The notes under the pieces are model-generated. The model was not told where the DNA came from. It saw nothing but the letters and a program-made list of their open reading frames with translations, and did no database searches. From Eledone cirrhosa (lineage: Eukaryota): a stretch of 64,000 nucleotides of DNA. Below, piece after piece: positions 49,685-63,280 of the stretch. Location of the stretch: NCBI GenBank assembly GCA_964016885.1, contig OZ024752.1, forward strand, positions 28,396,001-28,460,000, written 5' to 3'. A program made the translations under genes and the position numbers. The stretch's first letter is position 1. Every line of letters starts with the position of its first letter.

Positions 49685-50540
49685 TGTGTGTATACATGTG
49701 TGTATGTGTATGGATATGTGTGTATATGTATGTACATGAGTTTATGTGTGTGTATGTGTGTGTATATGTGTGTATGTGTATGTACATGTATGTATGTGTA
49801 TGTAGATGTGTGTGTGTGAATGTATATGTGTGTATGTATATGTGTGTATGTGTGTGTATATGTGTGTATGTGTATGTACATGTATGTATGTGTATGTAGA
49901 TGTGTGTGAAGGTATATGTGTGTATGTATATGTGTGTATCCGTGTTTACAAGTGCGTATGTGTATGTACATGTGTGTGCACGTGCATGTACATGTGTGTG
50001 TATGTGTAAGTATATGTGTGTATGTGTATGTACATGTGTGTATATGTATGCACATATGTATATGAGTGTATGTGTATATACATGTGTGTATGTGTGTGTA
50101 CATGTGTGTATATGCGTGTGTATGTGTATATATATGTAAGTATAGTGTATGTACATATGTGTGTATGTACATGTGTGTATATGTGTGTATATGTGTGTAT
50201 ATATGTATATGTGTGTATATGTATATGTGTGTATATGTGTGTAAATGTGTGTATATATGTATATGTGCGTATATATGTATATGTGTGTATATATGTATAT
50301 GTGCGTATATATGTACATGTGTGTATATATGTATATGTGTGTACGTGTATGTACATGTATGTATATGTAAATGTATATATATGTGTATATATGTGTATAT
50401 GTGTGTATATATGTATATGTGTGTACGTGTATGTACATGTGTGTATGTATGTACATGTGTGTGTATGTATGTACATGTGTGTATATGTGTGTATATGTGT
50501 GTATATGTATATGTGTGTATATGTGTGTATATATGTATAT
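49685..50540. repeat. Compound TG/TA low-complexity tract
   Basis: Direct reading. Confidence 0.95.
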
Positions 50541-51148
50541 GTCAGGTCACCAGTTGGTGCTACTGGTAACATGTATCCCAGTACAACCTGTCCCATGGTC
50601 GGGTCGTTGGCGACTAAACTGGCAACCCCACCAAGGTTTCTTGGTGAGGAGGGTGACTTTGGACATCCTGCAGGACTAAAAATAAAACCTGTCAAAGGGC
50701 AAAGGAGCTCTTAAGAGTCAATGGCCATCCAAAATCACCGGGAGAGATGACCCTTAGCCTTTGTCATGGCAGAATTCTAGGAGAAGGAAAACTCTGATAT
50801 AACACCTGCAACCCTGATGGTATCCAATGATGTTGACTTGTTCTTCTTTTTGGTAAATATCATCTTGGTTAAGAGAGTGGGACTGGATTTGTGCAGTGCC
50901 TTTGCTCACTATAAAAGCTTCACGGCACAGGCATTGCTTTATATCTGGAGATCTCTCTGCACTTGTCGTCACATGGTACCATGGGCCCAGCACTATGTGT
51001 CAATAATTGTGACAGGTGTAGTGTTTGTACCTGAGTTTTCAACTCGCTGGCTGGACTAAAAAGTCACACTCGTTCAGCGCATCGGTAGGGGTTCTCCTAC
51101 ATGGATATAAAGTAGTGGCCGTACTCGAAAACGAGTTGGCAGCCACCA
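50541..51148 (+). mobile_element. Second copy of the ~610-bp interspersed repeat
   Basis: Reverse complement of 27422-28030. Confidence 0.75.
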
Positions 51149-51589
51149 TATGTATATGTGCGTATATATGTATATGTATGAACGTGTATGTACATGTGTG
51201 TATATGTACATGTGTATATATGTACATGTGTATATATGTGTGTATATGTGTGTATATATGTATATGTGTGTACGTGTATGTACATGTGTGTATATGTACA
51301 TGTATATATATGTGTGTATATGTGTTATACCTCCGTTGGTGCTGGCAAAGAGTGTTCTAGTTGGTCGAGCAACAGATCACTAAGCTCATGAATTTAACAT
51401 GTGGCTGAATATTCCTCAGATGCGTGCACCCATGACGTAGTTCTCAGGGAGATTCAATCCAACACAGTGTGTGGCAAAAATGACACTAAATTACAGATAC
51501 AACTCAGTTTACCAGTTGATTCGACTGGAGCAACAGGAAACAAAATATCTTGATCAAGGAAACAGGGCGCGGCAGAGTATTGAACTCAT

Positions 51590-52256
51590 AACTTTACGAC
51601 CCGAACAACTTTACGACCTAACAACTTTAGGACCGAACAACTTTACGACCTAACAACTTTACGAGCCGAACAACTTTACGACTGAACAACTTTAGGACCG
51701 AACAACTTTACGACCCGAACAACTTTACGAGCCGAACAACTTTACGACCGAACAAATTTAAGACCGAACAACTTTACCACCGAACAACTTTACGACCGAA
51801 CAAATTTAAGACCGAACAACTTTACTACCGAACAACTTTACGATCGAACAACTTTACGACCGAACAACTTTACGACCGAACAAATTTAAGACCGAACAAC
51901 TTTACGATCGAACAACTTTACGACCGAACAACTTTACCATCGAACAACTTTACGATCGAACAACTTTACGACCAAACAACTTTACGAGCGAACAACTTTA
52001 CGATCGAACAACTTTACGATCGAACAACTTTACGACCGAACAACTTTACGAGCGAACAAATTTAAGACCGAACAACTTTACGATCGAACAACTTTACGAC
52101 CAAACAACTTTACGAGCGAACAAATTTACGAGCGAACAAATTTAATACCGAACAACTTTACCATCGAACAACTTTACGACCGAACAACTTTACGACCGAA
52201 CAACTTTACGAGCCGAACAACTTTAGGACCGATCAACTTTACAAGCCGAACAACTT
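51590..52256. repeat. 17-19-bp minisatellite (AACAACTTTACGACCG-like) expanded inside the tRNA head of a minus-strand SINE (~51380-52275)
   Basis: The left flank TATTGAACTCATAAC (B-box complement) and right flank CTTAACCACAAAGCCACGCGTC (A-box complement) match the SINE family at 32030. Confidence 0.88.
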
Positions 52257-52821
52257 AACCACAAAGCCACGCGTCATCCCTACATACGCATACACACGGG
52301 CATATTTCAAATCCTAGTTAAACCCACAAACCTACTCACTTGTATATATAATCATATATATCTATATTTGTCATTTTGCTTAAATAATTGAAAGCTAGGC
52401 TGTATTGTTCTCTTAGTAAGATTTATATATCTATTTAATAAGCATACACCGTATCAGCTCTCTTCTTAGCGTGACCTCGATACTGCCATTTAGTCGTCAA
52501 ACATTTCCTTTTAGTTTCATTCCGGAAGAGTTGATGAGAAGATAATCACCATTTTCCGAATCCTACAGATATTAATAACGTTCTATAATTATTGAAATAC
52601 TATGTGTAAACAGCTTATTATTTCTAGTTACGTTATAAATATTGAAGTGTATTTGGATCCAGGTAAGATTATGCGAAGTCCATAACAAATGCAAGTTCAC
52701 ATTGCTGGGATTCAAGGTGCGGCATAAAGTACAGATAAATTGTGTTTTTTTAATCTTGCATACTTACATTACACAAGAACGAGAACAGTCGCATTATTTT
52801 GCTATATTTAGTATTTACAAT

Positions 52822-53228
52822 AAGGGCAGTGGATTGGCAGTATCGGTAGAGAACCGGACACCATGCTTCGCAGCATAGAGTTACGGTCCTTTACGATCTG
52901 AGTTCAAATCCCGCCGAGATTAATTTTGCCTTTCTTCCTTACGGGGTCGATAAAATAAAGCACCAGTAACGTACTGATGTCGATTTAATCGACTTTGTGC
53001 CTATACTAGAAATCATATTTAGTATTTACAATAAATAATTGTTTCTACTTTTGGCACAAGGCCGGCAATTACCCAGTACATTACTGGTACTTTATTTTAT
53101 CGACCTCGTAAAGGATGAAAGGCAAAGTTAACCTCGGCGGGATTTGAACTCTGATCGTAAAGGGACATAACTCTTTGCGTCAAAGCATGGCGTCCGACCC
53201 TCTACTGATACTGCCAATCCACCGCCCT
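52822..53228. mobile_element. Tail-to-tail SINE pair (52822-53015 +, 53037-53228 -)
   Basis: Family match. Flanking repeat TATTTAGTATTTACAATA. Confidence 0.88.
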
Positions 53229-54377
53229 TGTATTTACAATATATAATATACGTTCATGAGTGGGATATGAACTCATGCGAGTGTATAAACGACTGCCACT
53301 ATATTTCGAAGTGATGATCTGTGGGTTGCTAGAGTATAAAATATTCAGTATCGCAGACGCTGAGTTTGATATTGTTTGATGGTATGATACTGTATGGTCT
53401 CGACACTCATGAAGGAGTCGTAATGGTGCCGTAGTAGCATACAGCATTTCAAGGGCATCTTAAACCTGGTGTAGCCTATCCCTCTCTAGGTCTGAGGGCA
53501 GAGAGAATTCTTCCAAAGAAGAGGAGAGAGTGAGAGAATAAAAATGAGAAAGATATATACTTTTTTATCGACCTCAAAAGGTTTAAAGGCAAAGTTGACC
53601 TCGGTGGAGTTTGAACTCACAGATCAGAGACCATTTTATCCGACGTTCTAACAGCTCCGCTAATTTGCAACCTCATAATTTGATTGGACAACAGAAATCT
53701 ATAAATGCAGGAGTTATCCTCGCTAGTTTCACAAATACTGTGGTCTCTGTAAGCTGAAAGATCACGATGACATAGGTCTGAATTCTGTTGAAAGCACTAA
53801 GCTACAGAAAATGAGTAATTAAACTGTCTAGACCAACACTTGGTCACTTGACCCTCACAAGACCATTTACTTCAATAGGTTTAACTGATATTTATCATTA
53901 CTTTAGCTCTTTGACATTGGTTATCTTTCTGCAATGGTTTGGGGGAAATGATGCAAAGCGGGGAACAGCTCCAATGAATAAAACATTGATGCACAAAAAC
54001 TTTCATGCTGAATAAGCAACTACAATAGCTTAAGTTTTGTTTTCAAATATATATGTTGATCGTCTTAAACATATGGCATGGTTTGAGAAGCATAGCAAGC
54101 GAAATTTCACCGTCATTAGTTTTCTTTATTCGTTAAATATTGTGTTTGAGTTGATCAAAATATATTTTCCACATATCTCTGCCTCATATTCAAAACTAGA
54201 CAGCAGCATTGATTACATATCATAGTCTTACCGTCACAGAGTAGAGTAATGAATCGCTGTTTTGACAAGATACGGGAGAATTTTAGGAAGTGCCGACTCC
54301 AGCAGGACTTGAACTCAAAATATATATTGCATTATATAAAACCGTCTATAATTTCTGTACAAAATTATATATATATA

Positions 54378-54507
<130 letters not shown>

Positions 54508-54701
54508 CAGTAAAGATTGTTTTAGTAAAAACAGGAGCAAGCAGGAGAGAGCTCGCGACATTCGTAGTCTATAGTTACGTTGGAGAGTCAGTATAAGAAT
54601 GACATTAAGAAAGATGGTGATGATACATAAATCCTTTATTCATACTGAATAAACGATTTATGTAACATCAACATCGTTCTTAATGTTATTCTTTTATATA
54701 A

Positions 54702-54800
<99 letters not shown>

Positions 54801-54906
54801 TTTGTTTTGGAAGGTTTTTGAAGCGAAAGCCAATCCAAACAAAACGGTGAGTGTGTTTTATTATGAATTCTGGCAATATTATAACAATATGACTCTCGCC
54901 AAATAT

Positions 54907-54968
<62 letters not shown>

Positions 54969-55269
54969 CGAAGGAGTTGTGGTTAGGAACCAGATGTACC
55001 ATAACGCACCAGAGTACTCAATACTTAGGGTAGCAGAGTGAATAATAGGAAAATGTATGAACCCGACGGCAGAACTCAAGCCGTTTCGGCGGCTATTTCG
55101 ACGTCTATGACCAGAAATAGCCGTCGAAACGTCTTGAGCTCTGCCGTCGGGATCATACATTTTCCTATATATATATATATATATCAAATGTATATATTGA
55201 GTTAGAAACACAAAATAGTCTCTTACAATTAAATAGCTCAAAGAAAGAGATTTTTCCGAGCCGTATATT

Positions 55270-55642
55270 ATAATTGAATATAAAAGAGACATAAACAAAG
55301 ATATATACATATATGTGTTCAAATCGTAAGGGACCAGATTCGCTAGGGTGAAAAAGATACTAACTATGAACAATAGGGTTTGCCAGACTCAATTTAAGAA
55401 TAAATCAAGAAAATAAATACAAACTGATATTGTGGAACAACCAGACACCTTGACGACGTTTGGTGATGCTGTTTCACAATTTAATTATGAAGAGAATTAC
55501 CAATTCTTTTGCTAATCAGTGGGTGTAAAATTAATAAACTCCTCACTCCTAAGTATCTCAGAAGAGATATTGTGGGTATATAAAATAGCGCATATAGTTT
55601 GTATCTTTTTCACTCTAGCGAATCTGGTCCCTTACGATTTGA

Positions 55643-55702
<60 letters not shown>

Positions 55703-55726
55703 TTATCTCTCTTTTATATTCAATTA
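55270..55726. repeat. ~100-bp inverted repeat, one arm with an expanded (TA)n(TG)n tract
   Basis: 55270-55368 is reverse complementary to 55592-55726 (GTGTTCAAATCGTAAGGGACCAGATTCGCTAG). Confidence 0.8.
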
Positions 55727-55747
55727 TACTACATATATATATATATA

Positions 55748-57658
55748 TATATTTTCGAATATTCTATGTTTGTCTTCACATATATATCTCTATTTCAGAG
55801 CATTTTATCCAAATTCTAATTTCTGTCGGACCGGCAACCGCTCTTTCAAACCAGTTCCTGTACACAGCTAAGTATTCTATAAGTCTCTAGCTGTGTCATT
55901 CTCGATAAAAGCACTGGATATGTAATCCTGATTATTTCTAATAAGAATGAAACGCGTAGGTTACTTCCCTTGCTTTTATCGAGAATCTCAAATTGTAATA
56001 CGTGACGTATTCTATTCTATAGCGATTGGGTCTTCGAAATGTTTATTATAAACATACAGAATATTTTCGAATATTCTATGTTTGTCTTCACATATATATC
56101 GCTATTTCAGAGCATTTTATCCAAATTCTAATTTCTGCCGGACCGGCAACCGCTCTTTCAAACCAGTTCCTGTACACAGCTAAGTATTCTATAAGTCTCT
56201 AGCTGTGTCATTCTCGATAAAAGCACTGGATATGTAATCCTGATGATTTCTAATAAGAATGAAACGCGTAGGTTACTTCCCTTGCTTTTATCGAGAATCT
56301 CAAATTGTAATACGTGACGTATTCTATTCTATAGCGATTGGGTCTTCGAAATGTTTATTATAAACATACAGAATATTTTCGAATATTCTATGTTTGTCTT
56401 CACATATATATCGCTATTTCAGAGCATTTTATCCAAATTCTAATTTCTGCCGGACCGGCAACCGCTCTTTCAAACCAGTTCCTGTACACAGCTAAGTATT
56501 CTATAAGTCTCTAGCTGTGTCATTCTCGATAAAAGCACTGGATATGTAATGCTGATGATTTCTAATAAGAATGAAACGCGTAGGTTACTTCCCTTGCTTT
56601 TATCGAGAATCTCAAATTGTAATACGTGACGTATTCTATTCTATAGCGATTGGGTCTTCGAAATGTTTATTATAAACATACAGAATATTTTCGAATATTC
56701 TATGTTTGTCTTCACATATATATCGCTATTTCAGAGCATTTTATCCAAATTCTAATTTCTGCCGGACCGGCAACCGCTCTTTCAAACCAGTTCCTGTACA
56801 CAGCTAAGTATTCTAAAAGTCTCTAGCTGTGTCATTCTCGATAAAAGCACTGGATATGTAATCCTGATGATTCCTAATAAGAATGAAACGCGTAGGTTAC
56901 TTCCCTTGCTTTTATCGAGAATCTCAAATTGTAATACGTGACGTATTCTATTCTATAGCGATTGGGTCTTCGAAATGTTTATTATAAACATACAGAATAT
57001 TTTCGAATATTCTATGTTTGTCTTCACATATATATCGCTATTTCAGAGCATTTTATCCAAATTCTAATTTCTGCCGGACCGGCAACCGCTCTTTCAAACC
57101 AGTTCCTGTACACAGCTAAGTATTCTATAAGTCTCTAGCTGTGTCATTCTCGATAAAAGCACTGGATATGTAATCCTGATGATTTCTAATAAGAATGAAA
57201 CGCGTAGGTTACTTCCCTTGCTTTTATCGAGAATCTCAAATTGTAATACGTGACGTATTCTATTCTATAGCGATTGGGTCTTCGAAATGTTTATTATAAA
57301 CATACAGAATATTTTCGAATATTCTATGTTTGTCTTCACATATATATCGCTATTTCAGAGCATTTTATCCAAATTCTAATTTCTGCCGGACCGGCAACCG
57401 CTCTTTCAAACCAGTTCCTGTACACAGCTAAGTATTCTATAAGTCTCTAGCTGTTTCATTCTCGATAAAAGCACTGGATATGTAATCCTGATGATTTCTA
57501 ATAAGAATGAAACGCGTAGGTTACTTCCCTTGCTTTTATCGAGAATCTCAAATTGTAATACGTGACGTATTCTATTCTATAGCGATTGGGTCTTCGAAAT
57601 GTTTATTATAAACATACAGAATATTTTCGAATATTCTATGTTTGTCTTCACATATATA
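55748..57658 (+). mobile_element. Retrozyme-like tandem array: 6 x 312-bp non-coding units, one type I hammerhead per unit
   Basis: Exact 312-nt period (CGAATATTCTATG at 55756, 56068, 56380, 56692, 57004, 57316, 57628). Each unit has GTAATC-CTGATGA-t TTC taataa GAA t-GAAA-CGCG-TA^-GGTTAC, with cores at 55928, 56240, 56552, 56864, 57176 and 57488. Flanked by (TA)n. Confidence 0.88.
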
Positions 57659-58372
57659 TATATATATGAAAAAGTTTGTCCTCATCAGTGGCCATCCAAC
57701 CGTCGTAGGCATTTCGTCGCATTAGAGGCCATATACCTCAGGTTGGTGCGAGCAACGGCTAAAAAAAAGTCGTTGGGACACGTAAATAAGGGGGACGCTA
57801 GGGTGAACGAACAAAATGGTTTAAGCAGCAGAAAGTAATGAAGAAGGAAACAAGTCCCAGATTTCTATGAATATAAATTCGGTGAAATCGTGAACGAGAG
57901 AATAAAGACCATCAAACCTGGTTGAAATGTGAGCAAGGAAGGAATTTCGCACAGGTCTAACGGGAGGAAGAAGGGGTCTGGTCTGCGAATTCGGTAAACT
58001 TAAGTTTTGTGAAGTCGCAGACGAGAGAGAGAGAGAAAAAAAATTCATACCGGCTTGGCCAAGTGCCCGCGAGAAAAAGGAATACGGACAGGTGAAACGG
58101 GAAGAAAGGGGAGGAGGAGAGGTAGTGACAGAGAGTGAGTGAGTGAAAGGTGAGGAAGAGGCTAACAGAGAGAGAGACTGCTAGAAGGGGTAAAGACACA
58201 AAGAACGAAACAGACCGGTGGCAGCAGAGGAAAAAATATATGTGTAAATATGATAATAATGGAGCTGCGACGCTGCAAATGGGTTACATATGAAAAAGTT
58301 TGTCCTCATCAGTGGCCATCCAACTGTCTGCATGTATGTATATATATACATACTACTGTACGTCTCTATACA

Positions 58373-58558
<186 letters not shown>

Positions 58559-59212
58559 TAGTTTATACAGTTAGATCCGAATTATTATAAGTTTCACAAA
58601 CTAGAAGAAAACATGATTGCTCAGATTGCAGATGTTTTGAGCCCAAATATCCAGAAATAATACAAAAAGTTTGTCTCCATTGAGTTCGTTTCTATTAGCT
58701 AATTTCAGTCATTCAGACAACTTCTACGCCATTGCTAGGGGCGCAGCACTCCTGTCCCCTTGCTCTAGGCCCAAAGCCCAATCACCCTCACCCTCATCCC
58801 CTCTCTTCTGAGACACCAGTGCTCTTGCCAGCCCCTCCCTTCCCCGTTCTTTTTCTTCTATCGTTCTCTCTTTTTCTTTTTTCTATATTTCCCTTTTCTT
58901 TCTTTTCTTTTGTTTCCTCTTTTTTTTTTCTTCCTAAATAAGTTTTTTTTTTTTGCTTTTGAATAACTTTTTCTCTAATGAATACATATATCTATATAGT
59001 TATTGTATTTTTTGCTAAATTAGAGTCAGCTTTGACCTAATTTTATACATAGACTGAATTCCTTCATTAAAAATTCGGGGGGGAAATTTTAGTGAAGTTT
59101 CTACGAAAATTACGAATGAGTGTTATCAATTTAAAATGTCACTTGTGACTTTTGACTTCAAATTTGCTGACAAAGAGAGTGGGCCTACAAATGAGACTGC
59201 CAACCTACAATA

Positions 59213-59919
59213 ATGATTTCTAGTATAGGCACAAGGCCAGTAATTTGGGGGGAAGGGAAAGTCGATTAAATCGATCCCAGTGCGTTACTGGTACTTTATT
59301 TTATCGACCCCATAAGAATGAAAGGCAAAGTTAACCTCGGCGAGATTCGAAATAATCAAAAGGGTAATATTTATTGTTATTAGTGTTGGGGGTAATATTT
59401 GGCGTTGAGCAGGGTTGCAATTTAGTTCATTAGTGTTGAAGTTAATTGAATGACGACGGTGATATGATGGTAATTAGGTTGAAAGTGAAGGGGAGCATGA
59501 TAATAATTTGTTTCTACTTTTGGCACAAGGTCAACAATTATCCCAGTGCATTACTGGTACTTCATTTTTATCGACCCTGTAAGGATGAAGAGCAAAGTTA
59601 ACCTCGGCAGGATTTGAAGTCAGACCGTAAAGGGTCGTAACTCTATGCTGAAAATGAAAGTGTCCGACTCTCTGCCGATACGTCCAATCCACAATGATGG
59701 TTTCTTATATAGGCACAAGGCCAGCAATTTTTTTTTTTTGGGGGGGGGGCCAATTAAATTGACGCCAGTGCGTCACTGGTACTTTATTTTATCGAACCCG
59801 TAAGGATGAAAGGCAAAGTTAACCTCTGCAGGATTTGAACTCGGATCGTAAAGGGCCGTAACTCTATGGTGCAAATCATGGTGTCCGACACTCTACTGAT
59901 ACTGCCAATCCACCGCCCT
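59213..59919 (-). mobile_element. Three SINE copies (~59213-59350, 59507-59692, 59697-59919)
   Basis: Family match. Confidence 0.85.
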
Positions 59920-60051
59920 TGCCAATCCACAATAATAAAACATTTTCCAATCCATGTTAAATCCCTAACCCATACAATACTTGCTTTTTCTATATTTCTG
60001 TTATATAACATCTTTCTGATTATTTCTCGCCACTCCATAATCTCTCCCCCT

Positions 60052-60537
60052 CTCTAGCTACATATGTAGCTTCATCTCTATCTCTTTCCCTAGCTACCTC
60101 TTTAGCTACCTCTCTAGCTACCTCTCTAGCTACCTCTCTCTTTAGCTACCTCTCTAGCTACCTCTCTAGCTACCTCTCTCTCTCTAGCTACCTCTCTAGC
60201 TCTCTCTCTCTCTCTAGCTCTCTCTCTCTAGCTCTCTCTCTAGCTACCTCTCTCTCTAGTTACCTCTCTAGCTACCTCTCTAGCTACCTCTCTCTCTAGC
60301 TCTCTCTCTAGCTACCTCTCTCTCTAGTTACCTCTCTAGCTACCTCTCTCTCTAGCTACCTCTCTAGCTACCTCTCTATCTCTGTCTCTCTCTAGCTACC
60401 TCTCTAGCTACATATCTCTCTCTCTCTCTCTCTCTCTCTCTAGCTACATCTCTCTCTCTCTAGCTACCTCTCTCTCTCTCTCTCTCTAGCTCTCTCTCTC
60501 TACCTCTCTCTCTCTCTTGCTCTCTCTCTATCTCTAA

Positions 60538-60580
<43 letters not shown>

Positions 60581-60600
60581 TCTCTCTCTAGCTCTACTCT
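60052..60600. repeat. (CT)n / CTCTAGCTAC compound repeat
   Basis: Direct reading. Confidence 0.93.
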
Positions 60601-61074
60601 CCTTTCCTCTTTTGTGGAGCTTCTGGTTTGCCAAAAGAATGATTATTATTTTTTTCACTTTGGATGAATGATGGAAGCAAGTATCTGTTCCCAATTGTCC
60701 CAAACTCAACACAATACACAGACGTTATATATGTATTCAAATTCGAGTTTAAAATATCCACCGGAGGTCATATTTGCCTTTCATCCCTCAATGAGTAGAT
60801 AAACTACAATCTATTCAAGTGATAGAATCGATAAAATCGATTATTTTCCTCACAATACGTGTACACTTGTGTCAATGTCAGAAAGTTTTAATGCTATTGT
60901 ATAGACGTACAGGATTGCAACAAAAAAATTCGAGACATTTGTGTCTACATTTCATTCTTGAAATAAATGCGTGGAATTGGATTATGCACATAAAAACACA
61001 TGTGTACATATATATGTATGTGTGTGCGCGCGTGTATGTGTGTGTGTGCGCGTGCATATCTCACAAAAATATAT

Positions 61075-61198
61075 ATGCATACATAGATGCATACATAGAT
61101 ACACACATACATATACACATACGTACATACATACATACATACATACGTACACACATTCATGCATGCATTATACATACATACATACATACATACATACA

Positions 61199-61229
<31 letters not shown>

Positions 61230-61823
61230 GTACACATTTATGCATGCATACACACATACGTACATATATATATACATACATATATACATATATACATACA
61301 TACATACACACATACATACATATATACATACATATATACATACATACACACATACATATATACATACATACATACATACAGACATACACACATACATATA
61401 TACATACACACACACATACATACATATGTACATACATACATATATACATATATACATATATACATACATACACACATACATACATATATACATACATATA
61501 TACATACATACACACATACATATATACATACATACATACACACAGACATACACACATACATATATACATACACACACACATACATACATATGTACATACA
61601 TACATATATACATACATACATACATATATACATAAATACATACATACATACACACATACATACATACATATATACATACAACATACATTCATATGTACAT
61701 ACATACATACATACAGACATACATACATACATATATACATATATACATACATACATACATTCATACATACATACATACATACATACATACATACATACAT
61801 ACATACGTACATACGTACATACA

Positions 61824-61859
<36 letters not shown>

Positions 61860-62147
61860 CATACATACATTCATACATACATACATACATACATACATAC
61901 ATACATACATACATACATACACACACACATACATACATACATATATACATACATACATACATTCATATGTACACACACATACATACATACATATATACAT
62001 ACATACATACATTCATATGTACACACACACATACATACATACATATATACATACATACATACATTCATACATACATACATACATACATACATACATACAT
62101 ACATACGTATATACGTACATACATACATACATACATACATACATACA

Positions 62148-62183
<36 letters not shown>

Positions 62184-62485
62184 CATACATACATTCATAC
62201 ATACATACATACATACATACATACATACATACATACATACATACACACACACATACATACATACATATATACATACATACATACATTCATATGTACACAC
62301 ACACATACATACATACATATATACATACATACATACATTCATATGTACATACATACATACGTACATACGTACATACGTACATACATACATACATACATAC
62401 ATACATACATACATACATACATACATACATACATACATACATACATACATACATACATACATACATACATACATACATACATACA
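61075..62485. repeat. (TACA)n compound microsatellite
   Basis: Direct reading. Confidence 0.96.
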
Positions 62486-62834
62486 CGTGTATGTTTTTCG
62501 TTTACAATCGAATTATTTAGCAATTAACTACGATCTTAGGTTAAAGATGTAGCCATCGTTTCCAATTTTGTTTAACATTCTGGCTAAGAAGATCACAGGC
62601 GAGACAGAGATGATAAATAGATCGAAATATGTGCTCGTGTTTTTGTGTAACCTTTTACAATGTATTTTTTATTATTTCAGACGTAATATTGGGGGAAGTT
62701 TGTTTTGCATTTCCTTTTGCTATATTTTGCTATATTCTGGCGTTTTTCCCAGAAACATTTCTCTCTAGATAGCCATAAATCCCAATAAAACACACGTAAA
62801 CACATAGACAGAAATACACAACCTTAAATAGCTG

Positions 62835-62842
62835 TTTGTGTG

Positions 62843-62918
<76 letters not shown>

Positions 62919-62933
62919 GTGTGTGTGTATGTG

Positions 62934-62982
<49 letters not shown>

Positions 62983-63139
62983 ATAAATATATATATGTAT
63001 ATATATATATAAATATAGAGAGAGAGAGATCATATACATATATACATATATATATATATATACATACATATATACATATACATAGATATACATCCATATA
63101 TATATATATACATACATATATATATACATATATATACAT

Positions 63140-63230
<91 letters not shown>

Positions 63231-63280
63231 TACATATAAATACATATATATATATTTATTTATATATGTGTATGTAGATA
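62835..63280. repeat. (TA)n/(TACA)n compound tract
   Basis: Direct reading. Confidence 0.95.

Noticed and set aside
50541-50630. Possible HDV-like ribozyme at the start of the 610-bp element (CCAGT...GG GTCG TTGG CGAC TAA ACTGG)
   Set aside because: P2-, P4- and J4/2-like parts are suggestive, but I could not assemble P1/P3/L3 in the required order.
55748-57658. CRISPR array or 5S/tRNA/snRNA gene cluster
   Set aside because: No spacers, and no recognisable 5S, tRNA or snRNA sequence or Pol III boxes. The hammerhead explains the unit better.
58575-58690. Hammerhead-like remnant on the minus strand (also 42898-42935 on plus)
   Set aside because: Core boxes are too degenerate to call.
60819-62552. 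Long His/Thr/Tyr/Ile-rich ORFs (also 49590-51390 and all YIYI/CVCV ORFs)
   Set aside because: Translations of TA/CA/TACA microsatellites.
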